DNA from: an uncultured Bacilli bacterium
GTDB taxonomy: Bacteria > Bacillota_I > Bacilli_A > RF39 > UBA660
Direction of reading: 5' to 3'
Assembly: GCA_944327405.1 (NCBI GenBank)
Contig: CALVHK010000001.1
Span: 1 to 39,617 of the forward strand
DNA length: 39,617 bases
A program made the position numbers and the translations under genes. Positions 25,949 through 34,321 of the stretch are shown here, piece by piece (the first letter of the stretch is position 1; each line of letters starts with the position of its first letter). The notes beneath the pieces were generated by a model, which was given only the letters and a program-made list of their open reading frames with translations, did not search any database and was not told the origin of the DNA.

Positions 25949-25968
25949 AGTTCTAGTTTCCTAGAACT
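25949..25968 (-). other. intercistronic stem-loop between dnaK and pepF
   Basis: Perfect 8-bp stem AGTTCTAG-tttc-CTAGAACT abutting the dnaK stop, followed by TTCTTT only. It could be a partial terminator or an mRNA-stability element. Confidence 0.4.
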
Positions 25969-27803
25969 TATTTTTCTTCGTAATTAGCTTCTTCTACATC
26001 ATCATTTTTAGAATCATTACTTGAAGCTTCTTCTTTAGTATCAGTTGTAGCTTCTGCTTGATTATTTTTAGCAGCTTCTTCATAAACCTTAGTTGCAAGA
26101 CGCATTGCTACTTCATTTAAGCTTTCTGTTTTCTTTTTAATATCATCAGTATCATTAGCTTCCATAGCTTTCTTTAATTCTTCTAATTTTTCTTCAGCTT
26201 CTTTTTTATCTTTCTTATCTACTTTGTCACCTAAATCTTTCAAAGCTTTTTCCGTAGCAAAGATCATAGATTCAGCATCATTTTTAACATCAGCTTCTGC
26301 TTTACGTTTTTCGTCTGCTTCTTTATTAGCTTCTGCTTCTTTAACCATCTTATCGATTTCGTCATCGCTTAAATTTGTAGATGAAGTAATCGTAATTGAT
26401 TGTTCTTTATTAGTTCCTAAATCCTTTGCTGTAACATTAACAATACCATTGGCATCAATATCGAATTTAACTTCAATTTGTGGAATTCCTCTTGGAGCTG
26501 GTGGAATATTAGTTAACTGGAAGTTACCTAAAGTTTTATTATCAGCAGCCATTGGTCTTTCACCTTGAAGTACATGGATATCTACAGCAGGTTGATTATC
26601 TGCAGCAGTTGAGAATACTTGGCTCTTACTTGTTGGAATTGTTGTATTTCTTGGAATTAAGACTGTCATAACTCCACCTAAAGTTTCAAGTCCAAGTGAT
26701 AACGGTGTAACATCAAGTAACACGATATCTTCCACTTCACCAGTTAAGACACCACCTTGAATAGCTGCACCCATAGCAACAACTTCATCAGGGTTTACAC
26801 TCTTATTAGGTTCTTGGCCTAATTCTTTCTTAACTAATTCTTGGATATATGGAATACGTGTAGATCCACCAACTAATATTACTTTATCAATATCTTTAGC
26901 AGTTAGTTTAGCATCTTTCAAAGCTTTATGAACTGGTTCAAGTGTTGAATCAAATAAGTCACGACATAAATCTTCGAATTTAGCTTTTGATAAAGTGGTT
27001 TCAAAATGTAGAGGTCCTTCATCATTTTGCGCTATGAATGGTAAACTAATTTGTGCCGTAGTCATACCAGACAAATCTTTTTTAGCTTTTTCAGCAGCAT
27101 CTTTAATACGTTGCATAGCCATTTTATCTTTTGATAAGTCAATACCATTCTCTTTTTTGAATTCATCAACTAAATAATCCATAATTCTCTCATCGAAGTC
27201 ATCTCCACCAAGTTTATTATTACCAGCAGTAGCTTTAACTTCAAATACACCATCACCTAGTTCAAGGATAGATACATCGAATGTACCTCCACCTAAGTCA
27301 TAAACTAAGATAGTTTGTAATTGATCTTGTTTATCAAGACCGTAAGCTAAAGCGGCAGCAGTTGGTTCGTTAATAATTCTTTCTACCTCTAAACCTGCAA
27401 TTTTACCAGCATTCTTTGTAGCTTGACGCTCTGCATCGTTGAAGTATGCTGGAACAGTAATAACTGCTTTTGTTACTTTTTCACCTAAATAAGCCTCTGC
27501 ATCTTTTTTTAGTTTAGCGAGTATTTTTGCACTAATTTCTTCTGGTGTATATTTCTTACCATTAGCTTCTACTTTTTCACTTGTACCCATTTTTCTTTTA
27601 ATAGATGAAATGGTATTTTTAGCATTAGTAACTGCTTGGTTTCTTGCAATTTGACCTACCATTTCTTCATCACCTTTAAAGGCTACTACAGAAGGTGTAG
27701 TACGTGCCCCTTCAGCATTAGGGATAACTTTTGGAACACCTGCCTCTAAAACTGCAACACAACTATTAGTTGTACCTAAATCTATACCTATAATTTTACT
27801 CAT
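25968..27803 (-). CDS. dnaK: molecular chaperone DnaK (Hsp70)
   Basis: '[14 protein letters not shown]', '[10 protein letters not shown]' and the rest of the canonical Hsp70 sequence. Confidence 0.98.
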   Translation of the reverse strand: MSKIIGIDLGTTNSCVAVLEAGVPKVIPNAEGARTTPSVVAFKGDEEMVGQIARNQAVTNAKNTISSIKRKMGTSEKVEANGKKYTPEEISAKILAKLKKDAEAYLGEKVTKAVITVPAYFNDAERQATKNAGKIAGLEVERIINEPTAAALAYGLDKQDQLQTILVYDLGGGTFDVSILELGDGVFEVKATAGNNKLGGDDFDERIMDYLVDEFKKENGIDLSKDKMAMQRIKDAAEKAKKDLSGMTTAQISLPFIAQNDEGPLHFETTLSKAKFEDLCRDLFDSTLEPVHKALKDAKLTAKDIDKVILVGGSTRIPYIQELVKKELGQEPNKSVNPDEVVAMGAAIQGGVLTGEVEDIVLLDVTPLSLGLETLGGVMTVLIPRNTTIPTSKSQVFSTAADNQPAVDIHVLQGERPMAADNKTLGNFQLTNIPPAPRGIPQIEVKFDIDANGIVNVTAKDLGTNKEQSITITSSTNLSDDEIDKMVKEAEANKEADEKRKAEADVKNDAESMIFATEKALKDLGDKVDKKDKKEAEEKLEELKKAMEANDTDDIKKKTESLNEVAMRLATKVYEEAAKNNQAEATTDTKEEASSNDSKNDDVEEANYEEK

Positions 27804-28426
27804 TATTCATCATTCCTTTCATCGTTTTCTTGAGTAACATTTCTTTCATTTACTTTAACCATTGCCGGTCTAAGTATTTTATCCTGATACATATAGCCCT
27901 TTTGCAAACAATCTAAAACGATATTATTCGCAAAATCATTATTGGTATCTGTCATAACAGCATTCATCGTATTTGGATCAAACTCTTTATGCAGGCATTC
28001 AATTTCCGTAACGCCTTTACTTAACAAAATACTTTGCAAGTTATCATAAATCATTTTAAATCCTGCTAAGAACTTTTCTGTTCCTTCTTGCTTAATGCTT
28101 AAGGCTCTTTCAAAATTATCAAGAATAGGCAAAATACTCACCATTAAATCAAAGCCATCATATTTATAAGCGTTGGCAAGATCAATTTCACTTCGTCTTT
28201 TAATATTTTGCATTTCAGCGGTAATACGAAGCACTTTTTCTTTTAAATCAAGATTTGCTTTGATAAGCTCATCTTTTTCTTTGTCGATTTTCTTCCGACG
28301 CTCTTTGATCTTTTTTTTAGGTGGCGCCTCTTCTTTTACCTCTTCCGTCGTTTCTACAGATTCTTCTACGGTCTCTTCATTTGGTGAAGAATTCGTAGCC
28401 TCTGTATTCTTAATCTCTTCTTCCAT
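27803..28426 (-). CDS. grpE: nucleotide exchange factor GrpE
   Basis: An acidic N-terminus, a coiled coil and a C-terminal beta domain ('[14 protein letters not shown]'). It sits between hrcA and dnaK. Confidence 0.92.
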   Translation of the reverse strand: MEEEIKNTEATNSSPNEETVEESVETTEEVKEEAPPKKKIKERRKKIDKEKDELIKANLDLKEKVLRITAEMQNIKRRSEIDLANAYKYDGFDLMVSILPILDNFERALSIKQEGTEKFLAGFKMIYDNLQSILLSKGVTEIECLHKEFDPNTMNAVMTDTNNDFANNIVLDCLQKGYMYQDKILRPAMVKVNERNVTQENDERNDE

Positions 28427-29428
28427 TTAATCACCTACTCCCTCTAACCATTTATTTAAAATGTTAAGAACGGCTACAACCCGATCATATTCCATTCGCT
28501 TAGGTCCAATAATGGCTATGGTGCCTTCTTCTCCACCTAAGGAATAATTCGTTTTAACAACCGTAACATTGTCGTCAAAATTAGACTCACTACCAATATA
28601 AATGCTTATATCTCGATTATCATGCTTTACAATTTTTCGTACTTCACTTTCATCTTCCAGTTTCGAAATAAGTCGTTTAATCTCGGCCGTGTCACTATAT
28701 TCGGGTTGATTTAACATTTTCGATTTACCGACAACGTGGATGTTTTCATTATTGCTGATAAAATCATGGAAAGCATCATAAAATATGCCATAAACTGCTT
28801 CATACTGCTCGACTTGTTTGGATATAATTGGTTTAATATCAAATTCAAGTCTCTCAGCCACTACTGATAAAGGTGTACCTACCAGCATTTTATTAACAAT
28901 CTCGCTAATTTTTACAACTTCCATCATGTTAATATCAGGTGGTATGCTAAACTGTTTATTTTTGACAATTCCCTTATCCGTACATACTAGCGCTACGAGC
29001 TTCGTTTCATCTAAAGGGATAATGTTAATTTGTCTTAAAACATTTTCATCACTATATTCTCCTAAAGAAATACTCGTATAGTTTGTGATGTCGCTAATAA
29101 TCTCTAAGCATTTTTCGATGGCATCACTAACCGTTAAGTTCTTATTGGAAAATAGAGTTTGAAGTTTTAGCATATCTTCGCCACTCAGTTCTTTTGGTTC
29201 CATTAAGTTTTCAACATAATATCGGTATCCAGCTTCACTTGGAACACGTCCACTTGATATATGATTCTTTTCGATATATCCCAGATGTTCTAAGACCGCC
29301 ATTTCATTTCTGATTGTGGCACTAGAACAATGAATTTTATCACATAAGTGTTTCGAACCAATTGGCTTGACTTCTTTGATGTAGGATTCCACAATTTCTT
29401 TTAGTAAATTCTTTTGTCTTTCATCCAC
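28427..29428 (-). CDS. hrcA: heat-inducible transcription repressor HrcA
   Basis: 'DERQKNLLKEIVESYIKEVKPIGSK' is the typical HrcA N-terminus. The ORF-track start (GTG at 29449) lies inside the CIRCE arm, so I place the start at the GTG at 29428. The start is uncertain by a few codons. Confidence 0.9.
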   Translation of the reverse strand: MDERQKNLLKEIVESYIKEVKPIGSKHLCDKIHCSSATIRNEMAVLEHLGYIEKNHISSGRVPSEAGYRYYVENLMEPKELSGEDMLKLQTLFSNKNLTVSDAIEKCLEIISDITNYTSISLGEYSDENVLRQINIIPLDETKLVALVCTDKGIVKNKQFSIPPDINMMEVVKISEIVNKMLVGTPLSVVAERLEFDIKPIISKQVEQYEAVYGIFYDAFHDFISNNENIHVVGKSKMLNQPEYSDTAEIKRLISKLEDESEVRKIVKHDNRDISIYIGSESNFDDNVTVVKTNYSLGGEEGTIAIIGPKRMEYDRVVAVLNILNKWLEGVGD

Positions 29429-29442
29429 TTCAATCACAACCT

Positions 29443-29469
29443 TTAGCACCCATTAGCCTTAAGTGCTAA
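29443..29469 (-). promoter_or_regulatory. CIRCE operator (HrcA binding site)
   Basis: TTAGCACCC-N9-AAGTGCTAA compared with the consensus TTAGCACTC-N9-GAGTGCTAA. It lies immediately downstream of the -10 box. Confidence 0.85.
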
Positions 29470-29473
29470 TACT

Positions 29474-29502
29474 ATTATAATATTATGCTTAGCACTTGTC
29501 AA
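29474..29502 (-). promoter_or_regulatory. consensus sigma-A promoter of the hrcA operon
   Basis: Minus strand has TTGACA (29502-29497), a 17-nt spacer and TATAAT (29479-29474). Confidence 0.7.
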
Positions 29503-29516
29503 TATATAACTGCTAA
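29489..29516 (-). promoter_or_regulatory. second, imperfect CIRCE-like inverted repeat overlapping the -35 box
   Basis: TTAGCACTT-N10-AACTGCTAA. It has one arm mismatch and a 10-nt rather than 9-nt spacer. Confidence 0.45.
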
Positions 29517-29541
29517 TTTTTTAAAATTTTTTACATAAGTC

Positions 29542-29562
29542 AAAAAAGACTATTGCTAGTCT
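29542..29562 (-). terminator. terminator after mutS
   Basis: Minus strand AGACTA-gcaa-TAGTCT followed by TTTTTT. The hairpin contains the TAG stop. Confidence 0.55.
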
Positions 29563-32087
29563 AATTCTTTAAGCTCAAAAAGAATATTTAAAGCTTCCAT
29601 TGGTGTTACATGTAATGGATCAACAGTCTTTAATTTTTCTCTTAAAGCATCGGTTTTTGTCTCTTCAAAGATTAGAGAAAGCTGCTTATTGTCTTGCTTT
29701 TTCGTCTCTTTTTCACCTTGCTCATAGCTATCCAAAATTTCCTGAGCCCGTTCAAGTAAGTCTTCGGGCATTTTAGCTAGTCTTGCTACATGGATACCGT
29801 AACTCTTATCGGCCGGACCATTTTGAACTTTATGCAAGAAAGTAATCATATTTCCTTCTTCTTTAGCTGCTACATGCACGTTTTTAATGTTTAAAAATTC
29901 CCGATCTAAGCTCGTTAGTTCATGGTAGTGAGTAGAAAACAGCGTTTTACATTTAATATTTTTAGCAACATACTCAAGTATTGCTTGAGCTAGACTCATG
30001 CCATCAAATGTTGCTGTACCACGACCTAATTCATCAAATAAGATAAGACTATTTTTGGTAGCATTCACAATCGCATTTCTAGCTTCTTTCATTTCCACCA
30101 TAAATGTTGATTCGCCACTTACTAAATCATCACTAGCACCAATTCTTGTAAATATTTTATCAAAAATTCCCAAATTAGCAGATTTTGCCGGGACAAAAGA
30201 TCCCATCTGAGCCATAATAATAATGATGGCTAATTCTCGCATATAAGTAGATTTACCACTCATATTAGGACCTGTAATGAGTAAGATGTCCGTTGATGAA
30301 TCCATAATAATGTCATTTGGCACATAAGCTTCTTTACTGACACTTTCAATAACCGGATGTCTTCCTTCAATAATTTCGACTTTCCCCTCATCATTTAAAG
30401 TAGGTTTCACTAAATGGTATTCATCACTACATACGGCAAGTGAGACAATCGCATCAATTTCACTAATGACATCCGCGGTCTTTTTAAGTTCTAGCACTTC
30501 GGTCTTTACTCGATTTCTAATATTGCAGAAAAGTTCATATTCTAACTCAAATATTTTTTCTTCGGCATTTAAAATCAAAGCTTCTTTTTCTTTTAATTCA
30601 GGTGAAATGTAACGTTCGTAATTGGTTAGTGTTTGCCTGCGTTCCCAACCCCAAGAATCACTTACATTTTCCACTTGTCCTTTCGATACTTCAATGTAGT
30701 AACCAAATACTTTATTGAACCCTACTTTTAAATTTTTAATTCCCGTAGATTCTTTTAATTTATTTTCAAACTCAGCAATAAAGTCTTTGCCACCGGAACG
30801 AATACTTTTTAGTTCATCTAGTTCCTTGTTATACCCGTCCTTAATTAGAAAGCCTTCTTTTACACCCATAGGGGGATTTTCATAAATGCTTTGTTCAAGT
30901 AATTCATATAACTCATCATGAGTATTAATTTGATAGTCTAAGCCAAGCTCTTTAATAATATTTTTTATTCCAGGTAGAACACTTAAAGAGTTTTTTATTT
31001 GCAGTAAATCACGGGCATTTAAATTCCCGCAGATTACTTTGGCGCACAATCTTTCTAAATCGTAAATTTCATACAATAAATTTCTAAGTTCATCCGTTTC
31101 GATAAAACCATTATTAAACACTTCAATTTTATGGTACCTATCTATTATAGCATCTTTATTACGAAGAGGGTTTGTAAGCCAACTTTTGATTTTTCTTGAA
31201 CCCATTGCAGTTTTCGTTTTATCAAGAAGCCATAATAACGAATACGTACGCTCCTTTAATCTCAATGTTTCGGTTAATTCCAAATTACGGATCGTATGAA
31301 TATCCATTTCCAAGTAGTCATTCTTATTAACGATTTCTACCCGACTGATATGATGAAGGTCTTTGAGTTCTTTAACAACAAGATAGTAAAGCAAATGCCG
31401 AATTCCTTGTTTTACTCGGGCATCACTAACTGAATTAATTAAGGCATCATAACCATCTGTTAAGTATTCATTACTTATTGATACTTCCATTCCATACGTA
31501 TTTTTAAGTAAATGAATAAGTTCGGCATCACTATTATTTTCCAGAATTACCTCTTTCATATTTAAATGCAGAAGTTCATTAATTAAAGCATCTTTATGAT
31601 GGCTAATACTTAAACTTTTAAGTTCTCCAGTTGAAATATCAGCATAGGTAATTAAATATAGATAGTTTAAATCTAGGACACTAGCAATGTAATTATTATC
31701 ATGTTCGTTCAAAGATTCTAGGTTTACTACTGTACCTTTAGAAATAACTTCTACGACACCTCTTTTTACTGTCCCTTTTGTTGTCTTAGGGTCTTCTAAC
31801 TGTTCGCACATTGCTACCTTATATCCTTTGTCAATTAATTTTTCAATATAGGGATTGACACTGTGAAAGGGTACTCCACACATGGGAACCCGCTCTTTTA
31901 ATCCGGCATTCTTACCAGTTAATGTTAATTCTAACTCACGAGATGCTGTGATGCCATCTTCAAAAAAAAGCTCATAAAAGTCCCCTAAACGGTAAAATAA
32001 TAATTCATCCGGATATTGATCCTTAATTTCCATGTATTGTTTCATCATTGGACTTAATTCGTCTCTATTTACTTCGTCTCTTTTCAT
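29556..32087 (-). CDS. mutS: DNA mismatch repair protein MutS
   Basis: 843 aa. The N-terminus is 'TPMMKQYMEIKDQYPD..LFYRLGDFYELF' and Walker A is 'GPNMSGKST'. Confidence 0.96.
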   Translation of the reverse strand: MKRDEVNRDELSPMMKQYMEIKDQYPDELLFYRLGDFYELFFEDGITASRELELTLTGKNAGLKERVPMCGVPFHSVNPYIEKLIDKGYKVAMCEQLEDPKTTKGTVKRGVVEVISKGTVVNLESLNEHDNNYIASVLDLNYLYLITYADISTGELKSLSISHHKDALINELLHLNMKEVILENNSDAELIHLLKNTYGMEVSISNEYLTDGYDALINSVSDARVKQGIRHLLYYLVVKELKDLHHISRVEIVNKNDYLEMDIHTIRNLELTETLRLKERTYSLLWLLDKTKTAMGSRKIKSWLTNPLRNKDAIIDRYHKIEVFNNGFIETDELRNLLYEIYDLERLCAKVICGNLNARDLLQIKNSLSVLPGIKNIIKELGLDYQINTHDELYELLEQSIYENPPMGVKEGFLIKDGYNKELDELKSIRSGGKDFIAEFENKLKESTGIKNLKVGFNKVFGYYIEVSKGQVENVSDSWGWERRQTLTNYERYISPELKEKEALILNAEEKIFELEYELFCNIRNRVKTEVLELKKTADVISEIDAIVSLAVCSDEYHLVKPTLNDEGKVEIIEGRHPVIESVSKEAYVPNDIIMDSSTDILLITGPNMSGKSTYMRELAIIIIMAQMGSFVPAKSANLGIFDKIFTRIGASDDLVSGESTFMVEMKEARNAIVNATKNSLILFDELGRGTATFDGMSLAQAILEYVAKNIKCKTLFSTHYHELTSLDREFLNIKNVHVAAKEEGNMITFLHKVQNGPADKSYGIHVARLAKMPEDLLERAQEILDSYEQGEKETKKQDNKQLSLIFEETKTDALREKLKTVDPLHVTPMEALNILFELKELD

Positions 32088-32113
32088 GTTACTCCTCTTT
32101 TACTACATTGTCT

Positions 32114-32141
32114 ATTATACCATTCCTAAATTTTTTTGCAA
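32114..32141 (-). promoter_or_regulatory. mutS promoter
   Basis: Minus strand has TTGCAA (32141-32136), a 16-nt spacer and TGgTATAAT (32122-32114). Confidence 0.5.
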
Positions 32142-32156
32142 AGAAAAAATGCAAGT

Positions 32157-32627
32157 TTATCTTCTTAAACTTACATTCGCTTCATTTTCTAAGTAACGTT
32201 CAGCTTTATCGGTCAGCCAAACTTCGCTATCTTTTCCTGTAACATTACCATATACAAAATAACCACCACGACCATCTTGTACTCTTAATGCTTCAATGTA
32301 CTTTTCGACATTGACTCCAGGATTTTCGATATTCGCTTTGATATAATCAATAATCTCATTTACTGAGTAGCCATCTTTCGCTTGCGTTAAAAATTCATGC
32401 TTTACTTTCTTTTTAAACACACTAGCTTCATAAGGATCGTTTGTACTTGGATAACGGCCAATTTCTTTTTTGGCGGCCTCTAGTTTTTTATCTACCTTTT
32501 TTAGACGACTTAGAACCATCGTAATTTGCTCTTCTTTTTCAAGCTCAGGAATAGAGTAATCGCTAATAATTAATTTTAGTATTCCTACTAATTCATGTCG
32601 ATATGCTTTTAATTGATCGTAATACAT
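32157..32627 (-). CDS. hypothetical protein (156 aa)
   Basis: ORF with a GAGGA RBS. I recognise no family. Confidence 0.55.
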   Translation of the reverse strand: MYYDQLKAYRHELVGILKLIISDYSIPELEKEEQITMVLSRLKKVDKKLEAAKKEIGRYPSTNDPYEASVFKKKVKHEFLTQAKDGYSVNEIIDYIKANIENPGVNVEKYIEALRVQDGRGGYFVYGNVTGKDSEVWLTDKAERYLENEANVSLRR

Positions 32628-32652
32628 TTTAAATTCCTCTTTTCGTATATCT

Positions 32653-32681
32653 AGTCTATCATCTAGTTAATGTTTTGTCAA
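32653..32681 (-). promoter_or_regulatory. candidate promoter of the 156-aa ORF
   Basis: Minus strand has TTGACA (32681-32676), a 17-nt spacer and TAGACT (32658-32653). The -35 box overlaps the T run of the upstream terminator. Confidence 0.4.
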
Positions 32682-32711
32682 AAAAAATGTGGGAATTTAA
32701 AGGAATCCCAC
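32680..32711 (-). terminator. rho-independent terminator downstream of rpe and the candidate sRNA
   Basis: Minus strand GUGGGA-(11-nt loop)-UCCCAC, then A and U8. Confidence 0.6.
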
Positions 32712-32786
32712 TAATGAAATTTGAAACATTCCCGCCCATATATAAAAGAAATAAAAGCTATATAGGCAGGATGTAACTACTTGATA
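32680..32786 (-). ncRNA. candidate small RNA or 5' leader (about 105 nt) with its own promoter
   Basis: It is bounded by a near-consensus promoter and a terminator. It contains a 12-bp stem (CCUGCCUAUAUA / UAUAUGGGCGGG) whose two G.U pairs exist only on the minus-strand transcript. There is no RBS-preceded ORF. Confidence 0.4.
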
Positions 32787-32791
32787 TATTC

Positions 32792-32819
32792 ATTATAACA
32801 TAAATAGGCACTATGTCAA
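32792..32819 (-). promoter_or_regulatory. orphan near-consensus sigma-A promoter
   Basis: Minus strand has TTGACA (32819-32814), a 16-nt spacer and TGtTATAAT (32800-32792), about 30 nt downstream of the rpe stop. Confidence 0.55.
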
Positions 32820-32847
32820 TACATTTTGTTCCTATTACCAGCATTTT

Positions 32848-33486
32848 TTATTTAAAGTTTTTTAATTCATCTATTTTTTCTTGGTAATCATCGGATTTGC
32901 AAATAAAAGAACCACTTACAGCAATATCTAGGTCTGGTACTAACTTTATAGTATCAGCATTAATGCCTCCATCCATCTCAATTTGAAAGGACAAGTTATT
33001 TTGAAAGCGAAACTCTATTAGTTCCTTTAGCCTATCTGTTGATGAAGGAATAAACTCTTGTCCTCCAGCACCTGGTTCTACACTCATAATAAGTACTAAA
33101 TCTATTAAAGATAAATAAGGCATTAGTTCATATAAATCAGTGTTGGGTTTGATCGATAATCCAACTCCTATATTATACTTTCTAATCTTTTCAATTGTTT
33201 TTACAATATCTTTTGTTGCCTCTACATGAAAAGTAATATATTTAGGTTCTAGCTTCGCAAGATCATCAATATAAATGATAGGATCAAACACCATCAAATG
33301 AATATCCAAAGGCTTCTTGTGATTTTCAAGTAAGTCTAATACTTCCGGGATGGTAAAGTTTTTGGTAGGAACGAATCCTCCATCCATTAAATCAACATGT
33401 AGGTAATCAGCACTTGTTTTTTCAATTAATTTTATTGTTGCTTCTTTAGCATATTTACTACTTAGATATGACACTGATATTTTCAT
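32848..33486 (-). CDS. rpe: ribulose-phosphate 3-epimerase
   Basis: 'HVDLMDG.FVP', 'HLMV' and 'MSVEPGAGGQ.F' motifs are present. Confidence 0.93.
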   Translation of the reverse strand: MKISVSYLSSKYAKEATIKLIEKTSADYLHVDLMDGGFVPTKNFTIPEVLDLLENHKKPLDIHLMVFDPIIYIDDLAKLEPKYITFHVEATKDIVKTIEKIRKYNIGVGLSIKPNTDLYELMPYLSLIDLVLIMSVEPGAGGQEFIPSSTDRLKELIEFRFQNNLSFQIEMDGGINADTIKLVPDLDIAVSGSFICKSDDYQEKIDELKNFK

Positions 33487-33496
33487 AAAAAACCAC

Positions 33497-34321
33497 CTAC
33501 TTTATAAAATTACAATAATTTTCATACCGAGAAGGTAGGATACTACCCTTTTTTACTTGTATTTTAATCTCACAATTATTTTCTTTTACATGCATACAAT
33601 TTTTAAATTCACAAGAATACTTTGAAAATTCCACGAAAGAATCTCTAATCTCAACTTTTTCATACTTATCTAGATCTAGGGCTGAAAAACCTGGAGTATC
33701 GGCGATAAGCATATTTTTTACTAAAAAGAATTCGGTGTGTCTTGTGGTATGACGACCTCTTCCTAAGGCATCACTAATTTCACCAGTCTTAAGATTTAGT
33801 TTATCATCTATCTTGTTTAATAAACTGGATTTGCCGGCGCCGGTTTGACCGGTTAGCACTACTGTCTTATTTTTAAGATACTTTATTAAAGGCTTTAGTT
33901 TTTGGTTGGTAAATACTTGATAGCCCAATTTTTTATAATATTTCATTATTTTTTGTAATTCTTTTTTCTCTTCTTTGTTTAGCATATCTAACTTCGTAAA
34001 GCAGATCACTGGTTCTATGTGTTCCAAAAGAATACTTGTTATTTCTTTATCTAATAAATATAGAGATAAATCAGGTTTTTTCACACTTGTAATAATGAGT
34101 GCTATATCAACATTACTAATGCTAGGACGAGTAAGTTCGTTCTTTCTGCTATTTATCGTGATAATATAAAGATTTTCTGGGTCAAATTCTACTATATCAC
34201 CAACAAGAGGAGTAAGCCCGGTGTTGCGGAACTTACCCCTTGCTTTGCAATCATAAAGTTTATTACCTGCTTTTACCGTGTATGTATCACTAATATTTTT
34301 TATAATCATTCCGGTTAACAT
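33497..34321 (-). CDS. rsgA: ribosome small-subunit-dependent GTPase A
   Basis: Circularly permuted GTPase with 'TKLD' placed before 'GQTGAGKSSLLN'. The C-terminal zinc knuckle is 'C.F..C.H....C'. Confidence 0.9.
   Translation of the reverse strand: MLTGMIIKNISDTYTVKAGNKLYDCKARGKFRNTGLTPLVGDIVEFDPENLYIITINSRKNELTRPSISNVDIALIITSVKKPDLSLYLLDKEITSILLEHIEPVICFTKLDMLNKEEKKELQKIMKYYKKLGYQVFTNQKLKPLIKYLKNKTVVLTGQTGAGKSSLLNKIDDKLNLKTGEISDALGRGRHTTRHTEFFLVKNMLIADTPGFSALDLDKYEKVEIRDSFVEFSKYSCEFKNCMHVKENNCEIKIQVKKGSILPSRYENYCNFIK

Noticed and set aside
29429-29449. ORF-track GTG start of hrcA
   Set aside because: It falls inside the right arm of the CIRCE operator in the 5' UTR. A start a few codons downstream gives the canonical HrcA N-terminus.
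32733-32810. Possible short peptide or type I toxin ORF within the candidate sRNA (ATGGGCGGGAATG...)
   Set aside because: No Shine-Dalgarno sequence precedes either ATG. The reading frame runs through the terminator and the next promoter. The encoded peptide has no hydrophobic helix.
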